Part shown: in pieces, positions 45,765 to 56,462 of the stretch
Numbering within the stretch: position 1 is the stretch's first letter
Layout of the letters: every line of letters starts with the position of its first letter
The notes under the pieces: model-generated
What the model saw: the letters and a program-made list of their open reading frames with translations, nothing else
Database searches by the model: none
Told to the model about the DNA's origin: nothing
Position numbers and translations under genes: made by a program
Origin: Candidatus Omnitrophota bacterium
GTDB taxonomy: Bacteria; Omnitrophota; Gorgyraeia; Duberdicusellales; 4484-171
DNA: 64,000 bases
Reading direction: 5' to 3'
Assembly (NCBI GenBank): GCA_043823745.1
Contig: JBDRAN010000056.1
Location: 5,144-69,143 of the forward strand

Positions 45765-46835
45765 ATGAAGCTTGATGACGCGCTCGAGACAATGATTGAA
45801 AAGAATATATCGGATTTATTTATCCGTACTAATAGCTGTCCGCGCGGCCGCATTGCCTCTCAGGTCGAGATACTGAATGATACGAGATTGAGTGAGGGGG
45901 ATGTCAAGAACTTCGTACAGGAGCTGATTGCGGGCCGCGACCCCAATGAGCTTACGGAAAAGAAGATGAGCGAATTCACGATTTGGTATCGTGATACCTG
46001 GCGTTTTCGCGTGGGCATTTTTTACCAGCGTAACACCCCGGCAGCGGTCATCAGAAAAATTGACCTTAAGATCCCGCCGTTTGAGAAGCTGAATCTTCCC
46101 GGCGCGGTGCTTGAGAAGTTCTGTCATGAGCGCAGAGGCATGGTGTTGCTTACCGGTATTACCGGCAGCGGTAAATCGACCACCATTGCCAGCATGATCG
46201 AGTATATCAATCAGACGCAGAAGCGGCATGTGATTACGATTGAAGAACCTATAGAATTTACCTTTGATGATAAGAAGTCTATTATTAATCAGCGCGAAAT
46301 CGGCGTTGACGTAGGAAGCTATAAAGATGCGTTGCGGCAATTCACCCTGCATTCGCCCGATGTTATTTATATCGGCAATATCCGTGACGCTGAAACCTGT
46401 TATGCCGCGATTACCGCCGCTGAAATGGGCGTTCTCGTTTTCTCGACCCTGCATACCGTGAATGCTGTCTCAACGATCGAACGCATGATTAATTTTTTCC
46501 CGCCGCACCAGCACACGCTTATCTTAAATCAGCTGGCATTTCTATTAAAAGGTGTTGTATCGCAGCGCTTGCTTCCGCGTTCTGACACGACGGGGCTGAT
46601 GCCGGCGTACGAAGTTATGGTTCTAAGTCCCTCAGTTTCACGTCTTATACGGGAGAATAAGCCCTGGGAAATACCAAAGTACATCTCAACCGGTGATGTG
46701 TACGGCATGATCAGTTTTCACCAGTGCCTGCTTTCGTTGGTAGGCTCGGGAAAGATTTCTCCTCAAACCGCCCTTGAGTACGCCGATAAGAGAGAAGAAC
46801 TCGAAATGGAATTGCGCAATAAAGGGCTGCTCTGA
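45765..46835 (+). CDS. pilT: PilT/PilU-family type IV pilus retraction ATPase
   Basis: GITGSGKSTT, TIEEPIEF, QREIG.D, STLHT, SQRL. Walker B region reads IGNIRD rather than GEMRD. Confidence 0.88.
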   Translation: MKLDDALETMIEKNISDLFIRTNSCPRGRIASQVEILNDTRLSEGDVKNFVQELIAGRDPNELTEKKMSEFTIWYRDTWRFRVGIFYQRNTPAAVIRKIDLKIPPFEKLNLPGAVLEKFCHERRGMVLLTGITGSGKSTTIASMIEYINQTQKRHVITIEEPIEFTFDDKKSIINQREIGVDVGSYKDALRQFTLHSPDVIYIGNIRDAETCYAAITAAEMGVLVFSTLHTVNAVSTIERMINFFPPHQHTLILNQLAFLLKGVVSQRLLPRSDTTGLMPAYEVMVLSPSVSRLIRENKPWEIPKYISTGDVYGMISFHQCLLSLVGSGKISPQTALEYADKREELEMELRNKGLL

Positions 46836-47032
46836 CCGCGTCCCTATAATCGACCGCGCTTAAAACAAACTTTGAAAATATACTATTATTGGGTGCTGAG
46901 CCGTAAACTATCTTTGCAAACACAAAGATTTTATAATTTGTTAGGAACAAATACTGTAGTATAAGCGCATTATATCGAAAGGCTTGCTGTATTGTGGTTC
47001 GTAGAGCCGGGTATTCCCGGTGTGGTGTTACC

Positions 47033-48130
47033 ATGGAAGAGATACGAAAGATTATTGAAGCCCTACAGGAAGAATTGAAAAATCTCGACAAGCTCCTTAG
47101 GCTTGCCGCCAAGCGTAGCAGGGTCAAGGTGTTGCAGGAGAAAATGGCTGCGCCTGATTTTTGGCAGGATTCCGGTCAAAGCGCAAAGGTTATCGAAGAA
47201 CTCAAGAGCTTAAAGAGTGACGTCGAAGACTGGGATTTATTGTCCGCGAAGGTCGATGAGCTTGGTGAACTTGTCGGTATCGCTGACGCCGCGTATGAAA
47301 AGGAAATGCGCAAGGAGCTTTTAGCCGTAACGCAGGCGCTTGAGAACTTGAAGCTTCGCGTGCTCTTTTGTTCTTCTTTTGATAATTCAAACGCGCTGGT
47401 TGAAATTAATTCCGGTGCCGGCGGGACCGAAGCCTGCGACTGGGCAAGTATGCTGTATCGGATGTACGTTCGCTGGACAGAGGAGAAAAAATTTAACGTT
47501 CGAGTGGTGACTGAAGTTAAAGGCGAAGAGGCGGGTATTAAAAATATAACATTTTTTGTTGAAGGCCGCCGCGCGTATGGGTTGTTGAAGGCCGAACGCG
47601 GAGTGCATCGGCTAGTGCGCGTTTCTCCTTTTGACGCCAATAAGCGTCGCCATACTTCATTTGCGTCGGTAGATGTGAGCCCCGAAATTGAAGATGTTGA
47701 TATTCAGATAAAACCGGAGGATTTAAAGATCGATACGTTTCGAGCCTCCGGCGCCGGAGGCCAACATGTAAATAAAACCGACTCAGCCGTGCGCATGACT
47801 CATATCCCGACCGGGATTATCGTGGGCTCGCAGAATGAGCGATCACAACACCAGAATCGTCAGACAGCGCTGCGAGCCTTAAAAACAAAACTTTATGAAT
47901 TAAAAGAAAAGGAGCGTAAAGAAGAGCTCGTCCAGATATCCGGGACCAAACAGAAGATAGAATGGGGTTCTCAAATCCGCTCCTATGTGCTCTACCCGTA
48001 TCTTTTAGTTAAGGACCATCGTACGGAATACCAGACGCATGACGCCTGGGGGGTACTTGACGGAAAGCTTGATGATTTTATGTACGCGTACCTGCGGCAT
48101 GAGGCAGGAGCGCGCGCATCGGGCGCCTAA
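47033..48130 (+). CDS. prfB: Peptide chain release factor 2 (no programmed frameshift)
   Basis: GAGGTEACDW, SPF tripeptide, GGQ motif, WGSQIRSY; one continuous ORF. Confidence 0.96.
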   Translation: MEEIRKIIEALQEELKNLDKLLRLAAKRSRVKVLQEKMAAPDFWQDSGQSAKVIEELKSLKSDVEDWDLLSAKVDELGELVGIADAAYEKEMRKELLAVTQALENLKLRVLFCSSFDNSNALVEINSGAGGTEACDWASMLYRMYVRWTEEKKFNVRVVTEVKGEEAGIKNITFFVEGRRAYGLLKAERGVHRLVRVSPFDANKRRHTSFASVDVSPEIEDVDIQIKPEDLKIDTFRASGAGGQHVNKTDSAVRMTHIPTGIIVGSQNERSQHQNRQTALRALKTKLYELKEKERKEELVQISGTKQKIEWGSQIRSYVLYPYLLVKDHRTEYQTHDAWGVLDGKLDDFMYAYLRHEAGARASGA

Positions 48131-48153
48131 GCGCCAAGGAGACAAATAAGACT

Positions 48154-51015
48154 ATGTTTAAGAACTTTTTTCTTGCCGGCTATCAGCGAAAGATCAACGT
48201 ACTCAAACCACCGGTTAACATTGTTCTCAATAAAGAATTACCGACACCCTCTCTGCGCGAGATTGTTCCGTTGGCGCGCCTGGTGGGCGCGGTTAATGGG
48301 TTTGAAGATGAACTTAAGGCGAAGCCGGACAGTTTTTTTAAGGAAAAGACCAATGAGTTTAAGAAGAAGATACAGGCCGAGATTGTTTCGGTCGAAAAAG
48401 AAAATTTGCGTGATGTGGTTAATAACGCGCTCTCAAGCGTCATGCCGTTTTATTTTGCTATGGTCCGGGAAGCAGCCCGGCGCACCATACGACTACGCCA
48501 TTTCGACGTACAAATTTTAGGCGGTATTATGCTTAATCGTAATAAGATCGCCGAGATGGTTACCGGTGAAGGAAAGACGCTGGCGGCGACGCTCCCGGCA
48601 TCTCTCAATGCCCTTGCCGGTCGCGGGGTGCACGTGGTTACGGTTAATGATTATCTTGCCAATCGTGATAGTGAATGGATGGGTCCCGTTTATGAGTTTT
48701 TGGGATTTTCCGTCGGTGTTATTCAGCAGGATATGGAAAAAGACGCACGTCATCAGGCGTATTCCTGTGATATTACCTATGGCACGAACAACGAGTTTGG
48801 CTTTGATTATCTGCGCGATAATATGGTTGCCAGTAAAGCGTCCATGGTGCAGCGCGGGCATTTCTTCGCAATTGTCGATGAAGTTGACTCGATTCTTGTC
48901 GATGAGGCGCGTACCCCACTCATTATCTCAGGCCCCGCCGAGGTTTCAGTTGATAAGTATTACCGCGCTGACCGCGCGATACGCCAGCTTAAAGTTAAAA
49001 GTGTCATTCAGAGCTTCGATAATAAAGATAATACGATTACCGTTAAAAATACCGATGGAAGCGAAGTGAGATTGCAACCGCAGGAGCTTGAAGAGAACTT
49101 TGATGCCGTCGTTGAAGAAAAGACCCACAATGCGTATCTGACTAATAGCGGCGAACATCGGTGCGAGAAGCTTTTGGGTGTCGCGAGCCTCGAAGAGCTT
49201 CCCGATAAATTTTCAAATCCATGGACTCATTACCTGACACAAGGGTTACGCGGCCACTATTTATTCCATGCCGAGCAAGAGTATATTGTGAAAGACGGTA
49301 AAGTTATTATTGTCGATGAATTCACGGGGCGTCTGATGCCCGGCAGGCGCTGGTCTGACGGGCTACACCAGGCGATTGAAGCAAAAGAGAACCTGCGTAT
49401 CCAGGAAGAAACGCAGACGCTGGCAACGGTTACGCTGCAGAATTATTTTCGTATGTACACAAAGCTTGCCGGCATGACCGGTACCGCGTATACCGAAGCC
49501 AATGAGTTTAGACATATTTATAATCTCGAAGTTGTGGCGATGCCTACCAATCGGGCCCTCATACGCCAGAATTTTCCTGACCGGATTTACAAAACCAAGA
49601 AGGGAAAATTTGAAGCGGTTATCGCGGAAATCGAGTCGCTTGCGGCCGCAAAAAGACCGACCCTGGTTGGCACTACCTCGATCGAAGATTCGGAAACTCT
49701 TTCGTTTCTCTTGCAGAAAAAAGGTATTGCTCATAATGTCCTTAATGCAAAATATCATGAGAAGGAAGCGCATATCGTCGCTCAGGCGGGGCGCCTTGGC
49801 CAGATCACTATCGCCACGAACATGGCCGGCCGCGGAACCGATATTATTTTGGGGGGTAATATTGATTTTTTTATTAAGGACCTCCTGAAGCGTAACAATA
49901 TCAATCCATATGATCTCGGTTATAAAGAAGAATATGAAAAGCTCTACGTGTCGAATAAAGAGAAATTTGACGCGGAGCATCGTCACGTTGTAGAGTTAGG
50001 AGGGATGCATATCCTTGGAACTCAGCGTCATGAAGCCAGGCGTATCGATAACCAGTTGCGAGGACGTTCCGGAAGGCAGGGCGATCCCGGCTCATCGCGC
50101 TTCTATGTTTCGCTTGAGGATGATCTAATGCGTCTTTTTGGCCTAGAGCGTATTTATGTTCTCATGGATCGTTTTGGTTTCCCGGAAAATACCGTGATTG
50201 AGCATCCGATCGTCAATCGTTCCCTTGAGATAGCGCAAAAACGCGTGGAGGCGCACAATTTTGAAATTAGAAAGCAGCTTTTGGAGTACGATAACGTGAT
50301 GAATAAACAGCGAGAAGTTATTTATGGTCAGCGTCAGGATATTTTGGAGAAGCCGAGCATCAAAGACGAAATTCTGGATATGATTAGTGAAGTTATCGAA
50401 AAAAATGTCCCTGTGTATTTTGAGGATGAGCGGAACCTTCTTGGTCTTACGCATTGGCTAAAACAGAAGTTTGACCTTGAGATCGTTTCGCATGCATTGA
50501 GCGATATCAATGTTGAGCAGGCACAAGAACTTATCGCGCAGAAGGTCGCGTCGGCATATGAAACGCGGGAGCAGGAATTTTCCTCCGCGGTAATGCGCGA
50601 GATGGAGCGTTCAGTTGCGCTTTCGGTGGTGGATAGCCGTTGGAAAGAGCATTTATTGGTCATGGACGCGCTCAAAGAGGGGATTGGTTTGCGTGGCTAT
50701 GCTCAGACTGATCCGTTGGTTGAATACCAGAAAGAAACGTATACCGCATTCAATGAGATGATTGCTTCTATCAAGGAAGGCATTGTTGATCTTATTTTTA
50801 AGATTCGTTTGGCCGCTCCCACAACCACAACGGTTTTTTCCGAAACACCCCAGAACCTAGTACATTCACAATACTCTCCGCTTGAAAAAGAAGCTTCTGC
50901 TAAGCCCTCCACGCCCGTTTCCGGATCCGCAACCCATACTGAGAAGAAAGTTGGTCGTAACGAACCATGTCCTTGTGGTAGCGGTAAGAAATACAAAAAG
51001 TGTTGTGGTCAATGA
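48154..51015 (+). CDS. secA: Preprotein translocase SecA
   Basis: MVTGEGKTL, DEVDSILVDEARTPLIISG, ATNMAGRGTDI, RGRSGRQGDPG, SEC-C motif CPCGSGKKYKKCC. Confidence 0.97.
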   Translation: MFKNFFLAGYQRKINVLKPPVNIVLNKELPTPSLREIVPLARLVGAVNGFEDELKAKPDSFFKEKTNEFKKKIQAEIVSVEKENLRDVVNNALSSVMPFYFAMVREAARRTIRLRHFDVQILGGIMLNRNKIAEMVTGEGKTLAATLPASLNALAGRGVHVVTVNDYLANRDSEWMGPVYEFLGFSVGVIQQDMEKDARHQAYSCDITYGTNNEFGFDYLRDNMVASKASMVQRGHFFAIVDEVDSILVDEARTPLIISGPAEVSVDKYYRADRAIRQLKVKSVIQSFDNKDNTITVKNTDGSEVRLQPQELEENFDAVVEEKTHNAYLTNSGEHRCEKLLGVASLEELPDKFSNPWTHYLTQGLRGHYLFHAEQEYIVKDGKVIIVDEFTGRLMPGRRWSDGLHQAIEAKENLRIQEETQTLATVTLQNYFRMYTKLAGMTGTAYTEANEFRHIYNLEVVAMPTNRALIRQNFPDRIYKTKKGKFEAVIAEIESLAAAKRPTLVGTTSIEDSETLSFLLQKKGIAHNVLNAKYHEKEAHIVAQAGRLGQITIATNMAGRGTDIILGGNIDFFIKDLLKRNNINPYDLGYKEEYEKLYVSNKEKFDAEHRHVVELGGMHILGTQRHEARRIDNQLRGRSGRQGDPGSSRFYVSLEDDLMRLFGLERIYVLMDRFGFPENTVIEHPIVNRSLEIAQKRVEAHNFEIRKQLLEYDNVMNKQREVIYGQRQDILEKPSIKDEILDMISEVIEKNVPVYFEDERNLLGLTHWLKQKFDLEIVSHALSDINVEQAQELIAQKVASAYETREQEFSSAVMREMERSVALSVVDSRWKEHLLVMDALKEGIGLRGYAQTDPLVEYQKETYTAFNEMIASIKEGIVDLIFKIRLAAPTTTTVFSETPQNLVHSQYSPLEKEASAKPSTPVSGSATHTEKKVGRNEPCPCGSGKKYKKCCGQ

Positions 51016-51016
51016 T

Positions 51017-52498
51017 ATGCGTTGCGTAACTATCTCTCGGCCCGCGGGCGTTTTTTTTGCCGTCGCTATCTTTTCCGGTCTGATCAGCGCGCTCAGTTTT
51101 GACTTTTCCGGAGGGTGGTTTTTTGTATGGTTTTCGTTGGTGCCATTGCTCTGGATTATTGATACCGCGCCCTTTAAAGTTTCCTTTGTGGGGAGCCTGA
51201 TCTTTGGGTTTGTTTTTCATGTCGCGGTAATTTTCTGGGTTACCCGCGTAACGGTCCCGGGCGCCATCGTACTCTTTATCTACCTCACTCTTTATGGCGG
51301 ACTATTTTGTATTCTGGGCCGGTATTTTTTGAAAAGACCGTTTGCTCTTGTTACCGTACCTGCCGCCTGGGTTTTGCTTGAGTTCCTGCAGGAGAATATC
51401 TGGTGTGGGTTTGGCTGGGCCAATCTCGGATATTCGCAGTATCAGAATCTCTGGCTTGTTCAGCCAGCCGATATTTTTGGCGTCAAATGTGTTTCGTTCC
51501 TTATCGTTATGGCAAATGTTCTCATGTATGAGCGTATGCGCTCGCGCATACGATTCCGCCGCGCGCTCCCGGTGGTTTGCGTAATTATATTTTCTTGCTG
51601 CCTGTATTCGGCATTTCGGCGCGCTACGCCGGGAACCGTTCGCCCTCTTGATGTTACCGTGGTCCAACCCAATATTACGGAGGAGTATAAATGGGATGAG
51701 GGTCTGCAGGCGCAGGCCATCAGGAAACTGAGGCACTTGTCTGCGCAATCATCGGCATCGTCGCTTGTGATTTATCCTGAAGCAGCGTGGCCGCGCGTCG
51801 TGGATGAAAAAAATTTTAAGGAACTTGAAAGTTTTATTCAAGCCTCCGGCCGGTACAGCCTTATTGGCGCAGTTGCCAAACGGCGCAATGCGTTTTATAA
51901 TACTGCATTGTTCTTTGACGCTCGCGGCAGGCTCCTTGACTCGTATGATAAAATCAGGCTTGTGCCTTTCGGTGAGTATATTCCCTGGCGTAGGTTTCTT
52001 GGTTTTATCAGCGCGATAAATTCCTTAGGTGATTTAACCAGGGGAACGAGAGAGACAATTTTTAACTACCGTGGCGCGCGATTTTCGGTTCTTATCTGTT
52101 TTGAGGACGTTCTTCCGGTGTTCGCCGCCCGCTTCGCATCCGGAAATGATTTTCTGGTTAATATCACCAACGATGACTGGTTCGGCGGCCAGCCACAGGC
52201 GCGTCAGCACTACGGTATTATGATCTTTCGCGCTATTGAAAATAGAATTCCAATTGTTCGGGCCGCCAATACCGGTGTAAGCGGCTGGGTAACGTGCCGT
52301 GGCGAGGTTGAGGTTTTAAAAAAATCAGGAAGAGAGATATTAATCGATGGCACGCAGATGTTTACGATCTTGCTCAAGCGCCAACGCAGTTTCTATACCG
52401 CATTTCCTGAATTATTTCCATTCTTGTGCGGCATTGGATTGCTCATCGTACTGGCGCGGCTGAATACCGGCAGTCATCGCGCTAAAAAAGAGGGATGA
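51017..52498 (+). CDS. lnt: Apolipoprotein N-acyltransferase
   Basis: VQPNI, YPE, YDKIRLVPFGEYIP, LICFE, NITNDDWF, RAIENR..RAANTGVS. Confidence 0.93.
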   Translation: MRCVTISRPAGVFFAVAIFSGLISALSFDFSGGWFFVWFSLVPLLWIIDTAPFKVSFVGSLIFGFVFHVAVIFWVTRVTVPGAIVLFIYLTLYGGLFCILGRYFLKRPFALVTVPAAWVLLEFLQENIWCGFGWANLGYSQYQNLWLVQPADIFGVKCVSFLIVMANVLMYERMRSRIRFRRALPVVCVIIFSCCLYSAFRRATPGTVRPLDVTVVQPNITEEYKWDEGLQAQAIRKLRHLSAQSSASSLVIYPEAAWPRVVDEKNFKELESFIQASGRYSLIGAVAKRRNAFYNTALFFDARGRLLDSYDKIRLVPFGEYIPWRRFLGFISAINSLGDLTRGTRETIFNYRGARFSVLICFEDVLPVFAARFASGNDFLVNITNDDWFGGQPQARQHYGIMIFRAIENRIPIVRAANTGVSGWVTCRGEVEVLKKSGREILIDGTQMFTILLKRQRSFYTAFPELFPFLCGIGLLIVLARLNTGSHRAKKEG

Positions 52499-52570
52499 TT
52501 TGTAAAATATAGGATACCGGTGCGTGCGTTGGCGTAAACCGGCAACGCGGATGTGGAGGAGGGAGCCGCC

Positions 52571-53059
52571 ATGAAGACTGAACTACTCACGGTCACCGTA
52601 AAAAACCCCGAGAATCTCAATATTATTATCGGGCAGTCTCACTTTATTAAAACGGTTGAGGATGTTCATGAGACCATCGTTACGACGGTGCCTGCGGCGA
52701 AATTCGGTTTCGCGTTTTGCGAATCGTCCGGCAAATGTTTGGTGCGTGTAACCGGTAACGATCAGGAGCTTCAGCACCTTGCGGCTTCCAATGCTCAAAC
52801 CATCGGATGCGGCCATAGCTTTTTTCTCATTATAAAAGACGCATTCCCGATCAATATTCTTAATCAGATCAAAAATATTCCCGAAGTCTGCCGGATTTTT
52901 TGCGCGACAGCAAATCCTGTTGAAGTAATCGTCGCCGTAACCGGCCAGGGAAAAGGTATTATGGGGGTTATTGACGGCTCATCACCCGCAGGCATTGAGG
53001 GCCCTGCGGATGTTATCTGGAGGAAGGAATTTTTAAGGAAAATCGGATATAAATTATAA
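52571..53059 (+). CDS. Adenosine-specific kinase family protein (DUF355)
   Basis: IGQSHFIKTVED, AFCESSG, IFCATANP, GVIDG, FLRKIGYKL. Confidence 0.85.
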   Translation: MKTELLTVTVKNPENLNIIIGQSHFIKTVEDVHETIVTTVPAAKFGFAFCESSGKCLVRVTGNDQELQHLAASNAQTIGCGHSFFLIIKDAFPINILNQIKNIPEVCRIFCATANPVEVIVAVTGQGKGIMGVIDGSSPAGIEGPADVIWRKEFLRKIGYKL

Positions 53060-53075
53060 ATTCGTGCAGGTCGCT

Positions 53076-54014
53076 ATGGATAAGGAACAAAAAAAGATCA
53101 TACAACGAAAACTCGGATTTTCAGCCCTGCGGCTTTTTGTGTTTATTAATGGGCTGCTTCCGTTGCACTTCAGCTATATCCTGGGTAGCTTTTTGGGAAG
53201 GCTTGCCTATGTATGCGTCGGTCGGCATCGCCGCGTTGCCTTAGAGGGTCTTGCGGTCGCGTTTCCCCGGGCTAGCCTCGCTCAGAAGAGAAAAATAGCC
53301 CGCGATTTTTTTATCTTTCTAGCCCAAGGGGCGCTTGAAATGTTTTATTTCCTGCGTAATCCTTCCGCGCTCACCCAGGTGACAATTAAAGGAAAAGAAC
53401 ATTTAGATCAAGCCCTGGCACAAGGCTCCGGGGTTATCATGGTAACCGGGCATATCGGTAATTTTCCTCTTATGAGCCTTAAGCTTGTCCAGGCCGGATA
53501 TACCGTCAACTTTATTACCGCGCGCATGCGCGATGAGCAGGCGGGTAATTATCTTTATACGTTGCGTTCGAACTCAGGCGTCAAAACCATTTTTTCTCAG
53601 CCGCGCCGGGAATGCGTTCTTGAGATTACCAAGGCGCTTCGCGATAATGAGATTGTAATTATGCAAATGGATCAAAATTTCGGCACGGGCGGCGTATGGG
53701 TAAAGTTTTTCGGCACGCTCGCCGCAACACCGACAGGACCCGTAACGCTTGGATTGCGCACTCATGCCGCGGTCGTTCCCGCTTATATTTATCGGGAAGG
53801 AGAAGGAAAGCACAGCGTAAGGATTTTCCCTCAAGAAAAACTTGTTTGCCTGGAAGATAAAGATGAAACCGTTCTGCGAAATGTGGCGCAGCTTACGCGT
53901 ATTATCGAGACGTGGGTCAGGGAATATCCTGCGCAGTGGGGATGGATACATCGGCGTTGGAAAAGCCGCCCTTCGGACAAAATAGCGCGCGCAAAATTCA
54001 AAATAGAGTCATAG
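53076..54014 (+). CDS. Lipid A late acyltransferase (LpxL/HtrB family)
   Basis: TGHIGNF, DQN..V.FFG, YPAQWGWIHRRWK. Confidence 0.88.
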   Translation: MDKEQKKIIQRKLGFSALRLFVFINGLLPLHFSYILGSFLGRLAYVCVGRHRRVALEGLAVAFPRASLAQKRKIARDFFIFLAQGALEMFYFLRNPSALTQVTIKGKEHLDQALAQGSGVIMVTGHIGNFPLMSLKLVQAGYTVNFITARMRDEQAGNYLYTLRSNSGVKTIFSQPRRECVLEITKALRDNEIVIMQMDQNFGTGGVWVKFFGTLAATPTGPVTLGLRTHAAVVPAYIYREGEGKHSVRIFPQEKLVCLEDKDETVLRNVAQLTRIIETWVREYPAQWGWIHRRWKSRPSDKIARAKFKIES

Positions 54015-54194
54015 GCACCCCGCCAAGGGCACTGTTATCAGTTTATGTGCGGTTTGTCATGCGTCGTGTGCGCCTGGCTGCGGAATAATTCGTATTTCAA
54101 GTTTATCAGAAAGATATTGCAATAATTTTTCCCTCTGATACAATTTTTTTAAGTATAATAATGGTAACGTATGTGACAATGAAGAGTGCACGGG

Positions 54195-55160
54195 ATGAAA
54201 AATAAATATTCTATCGGTATTGGGCTTAATCTTTTTGACGCGCGCGCAATTCTTTTGCGCGACGATCGTAAGGTTATTATCGAAATAGAAAAGAAGCGCG
54301 AGCACGTGAACGCTAACGAAACTATCGCAGTCTTACTCGATCTCTTTGAGGGCATCGTCTCCAAGGCTAAGCAGTACAAAGAGTGCATTGAGGGCGTAGG
54401 GCTCGCACTCGGTGGTATCGTCGATAACACAAAGGGGGTAGTACATTGGCCCCAGAAACATAACTCCTCGTATACCTATATATCGGTCCCCCTTAAAACC
54501 TACCTCGAAAAGAAGTTTGGTTTTCCCGTAACGCTTGAGAACGATGCTAATGGCTGTGCCTGGGCTGAGTATACCAGTCATTTTCCTAAAAGTAGAAATT
54601 TGGTGTATATGTTCTCCGGGGTTGGCTGTGGTATTGTTGTTGACGGGCATCTGTATAGGGGTAAAAACGGCGGGGCAGGGGAGCTTTTTATCAATCAGCA
54701 AAAAATGATGAGCTCAAGCTTGGGTGAGTTCAAATTCTTACGTCAGTGGCCGGTCGATTTAGGTATGGTCAAGCGCGCCAAGGAATTGATATCGCGGGGT
54801 AGAGTGAGCTCTTTAATTAAAAAAATAACGTCAACCGGAGATTTGGCGCTGGCCGATATTTTCGCCGAAGGCGCGAAGAAGGATAAACTTTCCCGGGAGG
54901 TTCTTAAGGAAGCAGCGTTTTCGTTAGGCGTCAAAATTGCATTTCTGACAAATCTTCTTAACCCCGAAGTCGTCGTTATCGGCGGTGGACTTGAGGCAGC
55001 CGGCGAAGTATTCTTAGATGAATGTTCCGATACGGTTAAAAGTTTTGCTTTTAGCGAAATGCGCAGCAATTTAAAGATTGTGGCATCGCAGACCGGTAAG
55101 AACGCAACATCGTTGGGTGCCGCAGCGATTATTTTTAGAGAAAAATCTTTACAAGAATAG
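54195..55160 (+). CDS. ROK-family protein
   Basis: LENDANGCAWAE, GVGCGIVVDG.LYRG.NG.AGE, LLNPEVVVIGGG, LGAA. Confidence 0.88.
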   Translation: MKNKYSIGIGLNLFDARAILLRDDRKVIIEIEKKREHVNANETIAVLLDLFEGIVSKAKQYKECIEGVGLALGGIVDNTKGVVHWPQKHNSSYTYISVPLKTYLEKKFGFPVTLENDANGCAWAEYTSHFPKSRNLVYMFSGVGCGIVVDGHLYRGKNGGAGELFINQQKMMSSSLGEFKFLRQWPVDLGMVKRAKELISRGRVSSLIKKITSTGDLALADIFAEGAKKDKLSREVLKEAAFSLGVKIAFLTNLLNPEVVVIGGGLEAAGEVFLDECSDTVKSFAFSEMRSNLKIVASQTGKNATSLGAAAIIFREKSLQE

Positions 55161-55194
55161 TTTCTATGTTATAATACAGAAAAAGGGAGGTGGT

Positions 55195-56373
55195 ATGGAT
55201 AAGTCCAAGATAATTCCTATCATTCTACTTGTTATCATTTTGGTTGTTGGGTATTTTGCTTTTACTTTTTATACCGCGAATAAAGCGTTGACCGATGAAA
55301 AGCTTAAATTGGAGGACACAAACAAACGTCTCTTCCAAGAAAGAAGCGATTTTGAGAGCCGCGCTGTAAAGCTGGACGCTGAGAACAGAGAACTTGCTGC
55401 CAAGCAGGAAGAAGTTCAAAGAGAATTAACGCGCGTCGAAAGTGAACGCGCTACGCTTCAGAAGAAATATGATGATGTCTCCCAGCAGCGCGATGCGCTC
55501 GTTGAGAAACTAAAATCAAAGTCAACCGTTACGGCAACCGATAGGCCTGAGTCTCCTGATGCGGGGATGCCTTCCGTGCCAAACTCTGATGAATACTGGA
55601 TCGATTTCGTGAAGACGAAAGCCAAGCTTGAGGCACAGGTCGATTCTTTGAATAAGGACATGCTAGACGCTAAGAATAAATTGGCAGGGATGGATAAAGA
55701 GGCCAAAGAATTAAGCATTAAGATCGATGAGCTTACGAAAGAAAAAGAGCGTCTTGCGAATGATATCAGTTTCAAGGAAAGGACGTTAAGCATTATGAGT
55801 CGCGATCTGGTGACCGAACGCGAAGGAAGAAAGATTGCGATTGAAGAGCTTAATAAGCTTCGCTCAGAAAATGTAACCTTAAAGCGCGAGCTGATCATGG
55901 GCAATAAAGAGAAGATGCAGCTGCAGACCGCGATGAAGGATACGCTTGAGAAGAAAGATTCGCTTGAGAAGCGCATCGGAGAGATAGACCGGGTATTGCG
56001 CGAAAAAGCAATTACGCTTGAGGAACTTCAGGAGCAGATGAAAACCGCAGTAAAAGGCGGTAAAGCAGTTATTGCGCGTGAGTCTGCGTCCGTTGAGCTT
56101 CCACCGATCGTAGTTAAGCCCGGCGTCGCCTCAGGTTTACGAGGCATCAAGGGTGAGACGATTGCGGTTAACGAAGAAGAGAAATTTATTATTGTTAACC
56201 TCGGAGAAGCGTCAGGAGTAAGACCGGGAGTCCAAATGGCAGTCTTGCGCGGTGACAGAGAAATCGGTACTGTTGAAATCATCGAGACGCGTAGAGATAT
56301 TTCGGCCGCTGACATTAGAGAGGTTGTTTCAGGCTTTACGATTCAAAAAGGCGATCTCGTTGTTAGTAAATAA
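55195..56373 (+). CDS. Membrane-anchored long coiled-coil protein with C-terminal beta domain
   Basis: TM helix, heptad-rich region, FIIVNLG...GV..G...IQKGDLV. Confidence 0.75.
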   Translation: MDKSKIIPIILLVIILVVGYFAFTFYTANKALTDEKLKLEDTNKRLFQERSDFESRAVKLDAENRELAAKQEEVQRELTRVESERATLQKKYDDVSQQRDALVEKLKSKSTVTATDRPESPDAGMPSVPNSDEYWIDFVKTKAKLEAQVDSLNKDMLDAKNKLAGMDKEAKELSIKIDELTKEKERLANDISFKERTLSIMSRDLVTEREGRKIAIEELNKLRSENVTLKRELIMGNKEKMQLQTAMKDTLEKKDSLEKRIGEIDRVLREKAITLEELQEQMKTAVKGGKAVIARESASVELPPIVVKPGVASGLRGIKGETIAVNEEEKFIIVNLGEASGVRPGVQMAVLRGDREIGTVEIIETRRDISAADIREVVSGFTIQKGDLVVSK

Positions 56374-56462
56374 TAACGCTCGCGGGTTTTTAGCCTCAGG
56401 GCAGCATAGAAAATAATACTCGGGCTAAACGTGAGTTGACAACTATTAGCGGGGCATGCTAC

